Below are positions 36,127-49,300 of a stretch of 64,000 nucleotides of DNA, in pieces (the stretch's first letter is position 1; each line of letters starts with the position of its first letter). The position numbers and the translations under genes are program-made. Where the stretch lies: the NCBI GenBank assembly GCA_040954595.2, contig JBECUI020000029.1:248001-312000 (forward strand), read 5' to 3'. The DNA comes from Balanoglossus misakiensis (Eukaryota; Animalia; Hemichordata). The notes under the pieces were generated by a model. It had not been told where the DNA came from. It worked only from the letters and a program-made list of their open reading frames with translations, and did no database searches.

Positions 36127-37467
36127 ATGGCTAGCTGGCGCAGGAAGAGACAAGGCAATGTGCGGTCTGTAATCAACGAACGGCACCGCTCAGTTCAGTG
36201 TCCCTTTCTTCAAAAGTGGATCGGTGAGCAATTGGTATTTTCAGGTCGTTCAGAGGATGAAGTCCAGTCCAGTACTGTATTTGAGAGCTACAAATGTTGG
36301 GTTGAAAACTATTCGTCGGCGGACAATCAAGTAATGATTATGGTTACTAAAGCTCGATTTTTCAAGGTGAGAATGATCGCATTTTTCTTTCCCCCCCCCC
36401 CCTCCCTCCCTCCCTCCCTCCCCCAAGGGACTCGTTTTCTGTCTCTTTTAAACCTGTAACTTAACGAAAAGGAAGTTTTTCACATATCTCTTCGTTGACA
36501 CTATAGCAATTTGGAGCGCGGATGCTTCAAGAGAAGAGCGTTACCAAATCAAAGTCGGCCGGGGTTAATATTTATAGAGGTGTTCGTCTGAAAGCTGGTT
36601 CGCGAAGAATCTCAACGGGGAAACCTGAGCACAGTGTACTTCAGACCAGGGCAAGGGCATTTCTTGATGACGCCAGCGTGACCGTTCCGATCGAGGTAAG
36701 AATGGTGTTTTGTTTGGACTAGGACAATAGAACGTTGCAATGAGTGTGTCAATGGGTGTCCAAGTGCAAACGTGGTCTGCTTCTGTCCACAAATGCCATT
36801 AATTTTTGGCAGGATTTATAAAATTGTCAATGAAGAATACAAAAATGAAAAACAACAGTTAATAGCAAACTGGTAGGATTGCAAGGGCTTGTAAAACGGT
36901 ACACACTGTACCAGGAAGTTTGCAACACTAATGAAGAATGTATATGATATATTTAGGTGAGAACTGTTCGCGATCGCCGGGACGCAGGACGGTGCGCGTT
37001 TTCGACGAGGGATATTCAAGCCTGGGACGTCGTCTGCGAATACCGGGGCACGGTTATTAGCGTTGAAGAAGCTAGTCGGCGTGATGAGCTTTACAGGGCA
37101 GAGGGGAAACGACCACGCATGTTCCATCTCTACATTGGAAAGAGACACGTTGTGTGAGTGTATCACTTAGTCGAATATATGGTCATATATTGCAAAGCAT
37201 CTGTCGAAATAGAAAACGTAATATTGTCTATATTTTCCTCATTAACGCAGCATTGACGGATACGATGTCCCAGCCGGTGAAGAAAATTTAGCAGGCCTAA
37301 TAAATCACAGTCAGCAGAACGCCAACTTGGTACCGGTTCGGATCGGAGAGCGCCTGGTTTTCTTTGCAACCAGGAATCTTTGTCAGGGAGTAGAGCTTTT
37401 GTATGATTACGGTGACGGGGGTGAAGAGGATTTCTTCAGTGGTTCTCAAACTTTTCCTGAAAATTAA
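36127..37467 (+). CDS. Winged-helix + SET methyltransferase, 4 exons (copy 2)
   Basis: Same exons and splice sites as 3723-5060; intron 1 is 3 bp longer in the C-rich tract. Confidence 0.85.
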
Positions 37468-38373
37468 GGCATTAACACATCAACGCTTCGGGGTGTCGTA
37501 ACGGCGGCGCGGCGGGGGGGGGGGGGGGGACGTGAAAATGTTTGTATCAGGAACAAAATTCCCGTGCAAATCACCTTGATCCGGGTGGGTGGACTATTCG
37601 CGACAAATGTTGAAATCATACAAAGCATTTTACTTAATTAACCCATTTTTTTCATTTATTTGTTTACAGTTTACAACGTCATAGAGAAGTTGAACTAGAG
37701 ACTGGATCAGCGTGGGTGACACCATAGTACACCAATGTTTTCTTCAGTTTGATTCAATTGTAATTTAAAACTGAGATTGCCTAACGCTTTCCCAGATTTT
37801 TTTAACCACTGAGAAACTGTGGGTTTTTTTCTGGGTTTTGGTGCGAGGTGATCTCAGTCAGTGGTGTTAATTTAATTAATCATTTTCTTTTCCTATTTAC
37901 GTCGACTGAAATGTATTTTGATAGGTGATAGTCATACCATAAAAAAAATCTTACGGCGCGACTGCCAAAATGTACATTTATTTGTCCGTTCCAAGTTATT
38001 TTGTGTATGTGTGATGGGTGCCGGTGACTGTGCAGGGTTGATTTCCCTAGAGCGACTGTTATATTCGTTTTCCAACGATGATGAATTTACATGTTATTTG
38101 CTTGGCATTTTGACGCAGAGACACTTCTGAAAACACAAACCTATTAATTATGCCACGGGTGTAAATTGATCACATTAAAAGAGGCTTTAGACGTTTGCCG
38201 CGAGCTCCTGGTGGGCAGAATCTTGTCAGCCCAAATTTGACTATAAGTACATAGCCAATGATGTGACGCTCTCCCACATCCTTCGCCGCGCCTTTTCGCT
38301 GATTTACAGCATCTTGCGTAAACACTGTCATTTGATCTTGCTTGGCAGAAGTCAACTTGCTCTATACTACATT

Positions 38374-38739
38374 ATGGCGGCCAAGCTCAACTGCATATCA
38401 GATAATGCCAAGGAGCGTTTGAGAGGCATCCTCGCCAGAAGGAGTCGCGTTTCCGGTGACTGTGTGCTCTGGACGGGTGCAGCTTGTCGAAACGGCTATG
38501 GCTCTATTACGTTCAGAGATGAGAACACTCTAACCGCCTATGTCCATCACATTGCACTCCTAATTAACGGAGTGCAATTGGTGGGCAGGCGGTTAGAGTG
38601 TTCTCATCTTTGCAACGAAAAGCTATGCATCCGCCCAGAGCACATTGTCCAGGAAACGCGACTCCTAAACATTTCACGAAAGACGTGCTTTAAATCCCCA
38701 AAAGGGGAGTGTCACCACGATCCCAGGTGCCTAAGGTGA
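38374..38739 (+). CDS. His-Cys box endonuclease (copy 2)
   Basis: Same protein as 5964-6329. Confidence 0.85.
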   Translation: MAAKLNCISDNAKERLRGILARRSRVSGDCVLWTGAACRNGYGSITFRDENTLTAYVHHIALLINGVQLVGRRLECSHLCNEKLCIRPEHIVQETRLLNISRKTCFKSPKGECHHDPRCLR

Positions 38740-40358
38740 GTAATCCTCTTCTCATTTGATATGTATTGTGTGACCCTGCAGTTGAAACGCTTTCATCAAT
38801 AATTTGCGGCGCGTGGGTAATCTCGGTGTTATTGACAATGCAGCCGGCCCAAACATTTTTAAATTAACACTGTTTCTGACTGTATTAACGAAATGTCCAA
38901 TTTGCAAGTAGCCTATAGACAACCCTTTTGAATGAGTTTTGTCTCGTTGAGATTTTATACATAAGGAACAATCTAGATTTATTTTAGAAGACACTGTTCT
39001 TTTAAAACAGCTAGCATAATACAGCTAAATTTCGGAATTTCCGGACAATTTTCGGAATTCCTTTTAAATTTGAGAAATTTTTCATCAGATATAAGTGTTA
39101 CTATTTATTGGACATGTTTTTATCATTGTTTACTTTTTAAGGTCATTCTCACCCCCCCCCCCCCAAAAAAAGCCGCTTTAGGCTTCATGTTCAGTAAAAA
39201 ATCTGGAAAGTTCAGCTGAATTTTACACTGATCACACATTTTTGGGAAGGTCTGGCGCAAAATAAAGGATGACAAATGTAAATCTAATGTCACATTTGTA
39301 AACCTCTAAGTATTGTACACTCATTCTATTAAGTATATGCAAATAGTACGGATAATTTTTTCGGAATGTGGAATTCCGAAATTAGTTCGGAACGTGTTAG
39401 CAGTGAAGAGATCACCACTGAGGGTTGGAAGGCCTTGCCAGAAATTAACGCGTAAAGTACGCCCTCACAGGCCATGTAAACAAGGTCAAATAAGGCCGTC
39501 TGGCAAACGAATGATTAATTCAACGCGCCATTTGAGCCGAGCTGAGTTGGTCTGAGTTGCGTATCACACAGACTTAGGCTGAATGTCAGTGGAGTAACCA
39601 GTCCGTTTTAGATTTACCAATGATGTGAATTTAATTTCTTCACCCAGAAAAACAGAACACAACTTGTCTGCAACATGATGCTGGAGGTGACACATGACAG
39701 AGAAGTGGATCCGCGTTGTCAACACAGATGCCAGCATTCAAAAGGGGAGTGCCACCTGCTAAAATCAACTCATCTGCTGTTGGCCCATTTTACCTGTGGC
39801 AACTGTTCAGAGGAGACAACGTTTATTCCGTGCAAGCCAACACGCAATGTTGGGGTCTACCTGTCAACACAGATGCAAGCATTCATGTGAGTGAGTATCA
39901 GGACTGACCTTGTATTTGCTGAATAATTCATAATGCCTATTTTAGAATTCTTAGAGGCATTTGGAGTTCATTGCCTGGTCAACCAAACTACACCCCTTAA
40001 CAGCTGAAACAAAATGCGTATTGTGTTCATTCATTCATTGCATCAATATATATAGGCAACATGAGTATCAAGTAGCACTATTTGTTTACGATTGTATTCA
40101 TGAAAACTTCCCACTAACAATTCCACAGTTAATATTGAACACATTTATCCAACAAGGTCAAAAGAAAAAGGGAATCTTCTGGTTCCAAAATACGCCACAA
40201 ATGTGGGTCAACATACAGTGAAATATTATGGTGCTCAAATATGCAACATATCAAATCTGTCTCATCAAAGTCATGCTTTAAAAAAGAATTGAAAAGGTAT
40301 TATTTATCCATTTGACTGCTGTATTTTCAGAAGGAAAACAAACTGAATTTGGTTTTTC

Positions 40359-43300
40359 AAGTACCTTATATTTTCTGTAAAATAGACATTTAATTGGCAA
40401 GCCGTCCTGCATCAATTATTAATTGTGTACATGCACTAAAGCGCCCTCACTGCTGGGTGTGTTGTATGGTCTTTAACCCTGTTTCAAATTAGAGTACTTT
40501 CTGCAATTTCAAGACAGATCTTACGTGCCATTGGAGAGCTCCATTGACTGGTCATTCATACTGTTTTCATTCATTCATTGCGGCATCAATATATTTTATC
40601 TATTCTAGCCAAAGAGCTTGGCACCTGTTGAAATGAACTCATCTGCTGTGGGCCAGTTTATTGGTGGCAGTTGAGCTGAGGAGAGCACCTTCCTTCCCGG
40701 CACGCCACCAAGTAAAGTTCCACGCCGCCCACCACAGATGCCAGCATTCATTCATGCGAGTGAGTGTAATTGCAAATTTGCCTATTCTAGATCTGTAATG
40801 GAAATGGAGAAAGTACCTTATATTTTCTGTAAAATAGACATTTAATTGGCAAGCCGTCCTGCATCAATTATTAATTGTGTACATGCACTAAAGCGCCCTC
40901 ACTGCTGGGTGTGTTGTATGGTCTTTAACCCTGTTTCAAATTAGAGTACTTTCTGCAATTTCAAGACAGATCTTACGTGCCATTGGAGAGCTCCATTGAC
41001 TGGTCATTCATACTGTTTTCATTCATTCATTGCGGCATCAATATATTTTATCTATTCTAGCCAAAGAGCTTGGCACCTGTTGAAATGAACTCATCTGCTG
41101 TGGGCCAGTTTATTGGTGGCAGTTGAGCTGAGGAGAGCACCTTCCTTCCCGGCACGCCACCAAGTAAAGTTCCACGCCGCCCACCACAGATGCCAGCATT
41201 CATTCATGCGAGTGAGTGTAATTGCAAATTTGCCTATTCTAGATCTGTAATGGAAATGGAGAAAGTACCTTATATTTTCTGTAAAATAGACATTTAATTG
41301 GCAAGCCGTCCTGCATCAATTATTAATTGTGTACATGCACTAAAGCGCCCTCACTGCTGGGTGTGTTGTATGGTCTTTAACCCTGTTTCAAATTAGAGTA
41401 CTTTCTGCAATTTCAAGACAGATCTTACGTGCCATTGGAGAGCTCCATTGACTGGTCATTCATACTGTTTTCATTCATTCATTGCGGCATCAATATATTT
41501 TATCTATTCTAGCCAAAGAGCTTGGCACCTGTTGAAATGAACTCATCTGCTGTGGGCCAGTTTATTGGTGGCAGTTGAGCTGAGGAGAGCACCTTCCTTC
41601 CCGGCACGCCACCAAGTAAAGTTCCACGCCGCCCACCACAGATGCCAGCATTCATTCATGCGAGTGAGTGTAATTGCAAATTTGCCTATTCTAGATCTGT
41701 AATGGAAATGGAGAAAGTACCTTATATTTTCTGTAAAATAGACATTTAATTGGCAAGCCGTCCTGCATCAATTATTAATTGTGTACATGCACTAAAGCGC
41801 CCTCACTGCTGGGTGTGTTGTATGGTCTTTAACCCTGTTTCAAATTAGAGTACTTTCTGCAATTTCAAGACAGATCTTACGTGCCATTGGAGAGCTCCAT
41901 TGACTGGTCATTCATACTGTTTTCATTCATTCATTGCGGCATCAATATATTTTATCTATTCTAGCCAAAGAGCTTGGCACCTGTTGAAATGAACTCATCT
42001 GCTGTGGGCCAGTTTATTGGTGGCAGTTGAGCTGAGGAGAGCACCTTCCTTCCCGGCACGCCACCAAGTAAAGTTCCACGCCGCCCACCACAGATGCCAG
42101 CATTCATTCATGCGAGTGAGTGTAATTGCAAATTTGCCTATTCTAGATTCTTACGTGCCATTGGAGAGCTCCATTGACTGGTCATTCATACTGTTTTCAT
42201 TCATTCATTGCGGCATCAATATATTTTATCTATTCTAGCCAAAGAGCTTGGCACCTGTTGAAATGAACTCATCTGCTGTGGGCCAGTTTATTGGTGGCAG
42301 TTGAGCTGAGCAGAGCACCTTCCTTCCCGGCACGCCACCAAGTAAAGTTCCACGCCGCCCACCACAGATGCCAGCATTCATTCATGCGAGTGAGTGTAAT
42401 TGCAAATTTGCCTATTCTAGAATCTTACGTGCCATTGGAGAGCTCCATTGACTGGTCATTCATACTGTTTTCATTCATTCATTGCGGCATCAATATATTT
42501 TATCTATTCTAGCCAAAGAGCTTGGCACCTGTTGAAATGAACTCATCTGCTGTGGGCCAGTTTATTGGTGGCAGTTGAGCTGAGGAGAGCACCTTCCTTC
42601 CCGGCACGCCACCAAGTAAAGTTCCACGCCGCCCACCACAGATGCCAGCATTCATTCATGCGAGTGAGTGTAATTGCAAATTTGCCTATTCTAGATCTGT
42701 AATGGAAATGGAGAAAGTACCTTATATTTTCTGTAAAATAGACATTTAATTGGCAAGCCGTCCTGCATCAATTATTAATTGTGTACATGCACTAAAGCGC
42801 CCTCACTGCTGGGTGTGTTGTATGGTCTTTAACCCTGTTTCAAATTAGAGTACTTTCTGCAATTTCAAGACAGATCTTACGTGCCATTGGAGAGCTCCAT
42901 TGACTGGTCATTCATACTGTTTTCATTCATTCATTGCGGCATCAATATATTTTATCTATTCTAGCCAAAGAGCTTGGCACCTGTTGAAATGAACTCATCT
43001 GCTGTGGGCCAGTTTATTGGTGGCAGTTGAGCTGAGGAGAGCACCTTCCTTCCCGGCACGCCACCAAGTAAAGTTCCACGCCGCCCACCACAGATGCCAG
43101 CATTCATTCATGCGAGTGAGTGTAATTGCAAATTTGCCTATTCTAGATCTGTAATGGAAATGGAGAAAGTACCTTATATTTTCTGTAAAATAGACATTTA
43201 ATTGGCAAGCCGTCCTGCATCAATTATTAATTGTGTACATGCACTAAAGCGCCCTCACTGCTGGGTGTGTTGTATGGTCTTTAACCCTGTTTCAAATTAG

Positions 43301-46300
43301 AGTACTTTCTGCAATTTCAAGACAGATCTTACGTGCCATTGGAGAGCTCCATTGACTGGTCATTCATACTGTTTTCATTCATTCATTGCGGCATCAATAT
43401 ATTTTATCTATTCTAGCCAAAGAGCTTGGCACCTGTTGAAATGAACTCATCTGCTGTGGGCCAGTTTATTGGTGGCAGTTGAGCTGAGGAGAGCACCTTC
43501 CTTCCCGGCACGCCACCAAGTAAAGTTCCACGCCGCCCACCACAGATGCCAGCATTCATTCATGCGAGTGAGTGTAATTGCAAATTTGCCTATTCTAGAT
43601 CTGTAATGGAAATGGAGAAAGTACCTTATATTTTCTGTAAAATAGACATTTAATTGGCAAGCCGTCCTGCATCAATTATTAATTGTGTACATGCACTAAA
43701 GCGCCCTCACTGCTGGGTGTGTTGTATGGTCTTTAACCCTGTTTCAAATTAGAGTACTTTCTGCAATTTCAAGACAGATCTTACGTGCCATTGGAGAGCT
43801 CCATTGACTGGTCATTCATACTGTTTTCATTCATTCATTGCGGCATCAATATATTTTATCTATTCTAGCCAAAGAGCTTGGCACCTGTTGAAATGAACTC
43901 ATCTGCTGTGGGCCAGTTTATTGGTGGCAGTTGAGCTGAGGAGAGCACCTTCCTTCCCGGCACGCCACCAAGTAAAGTTCCACGCCGCCCACCACAGATG
44001 CCAGCATTCATTCATGCGAGTGAGTGTAATTGCAAATTTGCCTATTCTAGATCTGTAATGGAAATGGAGAAAGTACCTTATATTTTCTGTAAAATAGACA
44101 TTTAATTGGCAAGCCGTCCTGCATCAATTATTAATTGTGTACATGCACTAAAGCGCCCTCACTGCTGGGTGTGTTGTATGGTCTTTAACCCTGTTTCAAA
44201 TTAGAGTACTTTCTGCAATTTCAAGACAGATCTTACGTGCCATTGGAGAGCTCCATTGACTGGTCATTCATACTGTTTTCATTCATTCATTGCGGCATCA
44301 ATATATTTTATCTATTCTAGCCAAAGAGCTTGGCACCTGTTGAAATGAACTCATCTGCTGTGGGCCAGTTTATTGGTGGCAGTTGAGCTGAGGAGAGCAC
44401 CTTCCTTCCCGGCACGCCACCAAGTAAAGTTCCACGCCGCCCACCACAGATGCCAGCATTCATTCATGCGAGTGAGTGTAATTGCAAATTTGCCTATTCT
44501 AGATCTGTAATGGAAATGGAGAAAGTACCTTATATTTTCTGTAAAATAGACATTTAATTGGCAAGCCGTCCTGCATCAATTATTAATTGTGTACATGCAC
44601 TAAAGCGCCCTCACTGCTGGGTGTGTTGTATGGTCTTTAACCCTGTTTCAAATTAGAGTACTTTCTGCAATTTCAAGACAGATCTTACGTGCCATTGGAG
44701 AGCTCCATTGACTGGTCATTCATACTGTTTTCATTCATTCATTGCGGCATCAATATATTTTATCTATTCTAGCCAAAGAGCTTGGCACCTGTTGAAATGA
44801 ACTCATCTGCTGTGGGCCAGTTTATTGGTGGCAGTTGAGCTGAGGAGAGCACCTTCCTTCCCGGCACGCCACCAAGTAAAGTTCCACGCCGCCCACCACA
44901 GATGCCAGCATTCATTCATGCGAGTGAGTGTAATTGCAAATTTGCCTATTCTAGATCTGTAATGGAAATGGAGAAAGTACCTTATATTTTCTGTAAAATA
45001 GACATTTAATTGGCAAGCCGTCCTGCATCAATTATTAATTGTGTACATGCACTAAAGCGCCCTCACTGCTGGGTGTGTTGTATGGTCTTTAACCCTGTTT
45101 CAAATTAGAGTACTTTCTGCAATTTCAAGACAGATCTTACGTGCCATTGGAGAGCTCCATTGACTGGTCATTCATACTGTTTTCATTCATTCATTGCGGC
45201 ATCAATATATTTTATCTATTCTAGCCAAAGAGCTTGGCACCTGTTGAAATGAACTCATCTGCTGTGGGCCAGTTTATTGGTGGCAGTTGAGCTGAGGAGA
45301 GCACCTTCCTTCCCGGCACGCCACCAAGTAAAGTTCCACGCCGCCCACCACAGATGCCAGCATTCATTCATGCGAGTGAGTGTAATTGCAAATTTGCCTA
45401 TTCTAGATCTGTAATGGAAATGGAGAAAGTACCTTATATTTTCTGTAAAATAGACATTTAATTGGCAAGCCGTCCTGCATCAATTATGAATTGTGTACAT
45501 GCACTAAAGCGCCCTCACTGCTGGGTGTGTTGTATGGTCTTTAACCCTGTTTCAAATTAGAGTACTTTCTGCAATTTCAAGACAGATCTTACGTGCCATT
45601 GGAGAGCTCCATTGACTGGTCATTCATACTGTTTTCATTCATTCATTGCGGCATCAATATATTTTATCTATTCTAGCCAAAGAGCTTGGCACCTGTTGAA
45701 ATGAACTCATCTGCTGTGGGCCAGTTTATTGGTGGCAGTTGAGCTGAGGAGAGCACCTTCCTTCCCGGCACGCCACCAAGTAAAGTTCCACGCCGCCCAC
45801 CACAGATGCCAGCATTCATTCATGCGAGTGAGTGTAATTGCAAATTTGCCTATTCTAGATCTGTAATGGAAATGGAGAAAGTACCTTATATTTTCTGTAA
45901 AATAGACATTTAATTGGCAAGCCGTCCTGCATCAATTATGAATTGTGTACATGCACTAAAGCGCCCTCACTGCTGGGTGTGTTGTATGGTCTTTAACCCT
46001 GTTTCAAATTAGAGTACTTTCTGCAATTTCAAGACAGATCTTACGTGCCATTGGAGAGCTCCATTGACTGGTCATTCATACTGTTTTCATTCATTCATTG
46101 CGGCATCAATATATTTTATCTATTCTAGCCAAAGAGCTTGGCACCTGTTGAAATGAACTCATCTGCTGTGGGCCAGTTTATTGGTGGCAGTTGAGCTGAG
46201 CAGAGCACCTTCCTTCCCGGCACGCCACCAAGTAAAGTTCCACGCCGCCCACCACAGATGCCAGCATTCATTCATGCGAGTGAGTGTAATTGCAAATTTG

Positions 46301-49300
46301 CCTATTCTAGATCTGTAATGGAAATGGAGAAAGTACCTTATATTTTCTGTAAAATAGACATTTAATTGGCAAGCCGTCCTGCATCAATTATGAATTGTGT
46401 ACATGCACTAAAGCGCCCTCACTGCTGGGTGTGTTGTATGGTCTTTAACCCTGTTTCAAATTAGAGTACTTTCTGCAATTTCAAGACAGATCTTACGTGC
46501 CATTGGAGAGCTCCATTGACTGGTCATTCATACTGTTTTCATTCATTCATTGCGGCATCAATATATTTTATCTATTCTAGCCAAAGAGCTTGGCACCTGT
46601 TGAAATGAACTCATCTGCTGTGGGCCAGTTTATTGGTGGCAGTTGAGCTGAGGAGAGCACCTTCCTTCCCGGCACGCCACCAAGTAAAGTTCCACGCCGC
46701 CCACCACAGATGCCAGCATTCATTCATGCGAGTGAGTGTAATTGCAAATTTGCCTATTCTAGATCTGTAATGGAAATGGAGAAAGTACCTTATATTTTCT
46801 GTAAAATAGACATTTAATTGGCAAGCCGTCCTGCATCAATTATTAATTGTGTACATGCACTAAAGCGCCCTCACTGCTGGGTGTGTTGTATGGTCTTTAA
46901 CCCTGTTTCAAATTAGAGTACTTTCTGCAATTTCAAGACAGATCTTACGTGCCATTGGAGAGCTCCATTGACTGGTCATTCATACTGTTTTCATTCATTC
47001 ATTGCGGCATCAATATATTTTATCTATTCTAGCCAAAGAGCTTGGCACCTGTTGAAATGAACTCATCTGCTGTGGGCCAGTTTATTGGTGGCAGTTGAGC
47101 TGAGGAGAGCACCTTCTTTCCCGGCACGCCACCAAGTAAAGTTCCACGCCGCCCACCACAGATGCCAGCATTCATTCATGCGAGTGAGTGTAATTGCAAA
47201 TTTGCCTATTTACGTGCCATTGGAGAGCTCCATTGACTGGTCATTCATACTGTTTTCATTCATTCATTGCGGCATCAATATATTTTATCTATTCTAGCCA
47301 AAGAGCTTGGCACCTGTTGAAATGAACTCATCTGCTGTGGGCCAGTTTATTGGTGGCAGTTGAGCTGAGGAGAGCACCTTCCTTCCCGGCACGCCACCAA
47401 GTAAAGTTCCACGCCGCCCACCACAGATGCCAGCATTCATTCATGCGAGTGAGTGTAATTGCAAATTTGCCTATTCTAGAATCTTACGTGCCATTGGAGA
47501 GCTCCATTGACTGGTCATTCATACTGTTTTCATTCATTCATTGCGGCATCAATATATTTTATCTATTCTAGCCGAAGAGCTTGGCACCTGTTGAAATGAA
47601 CTCATCTGCTGTGGGCCAGTTTATTGGTGGCAGTTGAGCTGAGGAGAGCACCTTCCTTCCCGGCACGCCACCAAGTAAAGTTCCACGCCGCCCACCACAG
47701 ATGCCAGCATTCATTCATGCGAGTGAGTGTAATTGCAAATTTGCCTATTCTAGATCTGTAATGGAAATGGAGAAAGTACCTTATATTTTCTGTAAAATAG
47801 ACATTTAATTGGCAAGCCGTCCTGCATCAATTATTAATTGTGTACATGCACTAAAGCGCCCTCACTGCTGGGTGTGTTGTATGGTCTTTAACCCTGTTTC
47901 AAATTAGAGTACTTTCTGCAATTTCAAGACAGATCTTACGTGCCATTGGAGAGCTCCATTGACTGGTCATTCATACTGTTTTCATTCATTCATTGCGGCA
48001 TCAATATATTTTATCTATTCTAGCCAAAGAGCTTGGCACCTGTTGAAATGAACTCATCTGCTGTGGGCCAGTTTATTGGTGGCAGTTGAGCTGAGGAGAG
48101 CACCTTCCTTCCCGGCACGCCACCAAGTAAAGTTCCACGCCGCCCACCACAGATGCCAGCATTCATTCATGCGAGTGAGTGTAATTGCAAATTTGCCTAT
48201 TCTAGATTCTTACGTGCCATTGGAGAGCTCCATTGACTGGTCATTCATACTGTTTTCATTCATTCATTGCGGCATCAATATATTTTATCTATTCTAGCCA
48301 AAGAGCTTGGCACCTGTTGAAATGAACTCATCTGCTGTGGGCCAGTTTATTGGTGGCAGTTGAGCTGAGGAGAGCACCTTCCTTCCCGGCACGCCACCAA
48401 GTAAAGTTCCACGCCGCCCACCACAGATGCCAGCATTCATTCATGCGAGTGAGTGTAATTGCAAATTTGCCTATTCTAGAATCTTACGTGCCATTGGAGA
48501 GCTCCATTGACTGGTCATTCATACTGTTTTCATTCATTCATTGCGGCATCAATATATTTTATCTATTCTAGCCAAAGAGCTTGGCACCTGTTGAAATGAA
48601 CTCATCTGCTGTGGGCCAGTTTATTGGTGGCAGTTGAGCTGAGGAGAGCACCTTCCTTCCCGGCACGCCACCAAGTAAAGTTCCACGCCGCCCACCACAG
48701 ATGCCAGCATTCATTCATGCGAGTGAGTGTAATTGCAAATTTGCCTATTCTAGATCTGTAATGGAAATGGAGAAAGTACCTTATATTTTCTGTAAAATAG
48801 ACATTTAATTGGCAAGCCGTCCTGCATCAATTATTAATTGTGTACATGCACTAAAGCGCCCTCACTGCTGGGTGTGTTGTATGGTCTTTAACCCTGTTTC
48901 AAATTAGAGTACTTTCTGCAATTTCAAGACAGATCTTACGTGCCATTGGAGAGCTCCATTGACTGGTCATTCATACTGTTTTCATTCATTCATTGCGGCA
49001 TCAATATATTTTATCTATTCTAGCCAAAGAGCTTGGCACCTGTTGAAATGAACTCATCTGCTGTGGGCCAGTTTATTGGTGGCAGTTGAGCTGAGGAGAG
49101 CACCTTCCTTCCCGGCACGCCACCAAGTAAAGTTCCACGCCGCCCACCACAGATGCCAGCATTCATTCATGCGAGTGAGTGTAATTGCAAATTTGCCTAT
49201 TCTAGATCTGTAATGGAAATGGAGAAAGTACCTTATATTTTCTGTAAAATAGACATTTAATTGGCAAGCCGTCCTGCATCAATTATTAATTGTGTACATG

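Larger units (their letters stand above)
32201..40358. mobile_element. Gene block copy 2 (complete)
   Basis: Near-identical to 1-7949, plus the ~200 bp missing from the window start. Confidence 0.8.
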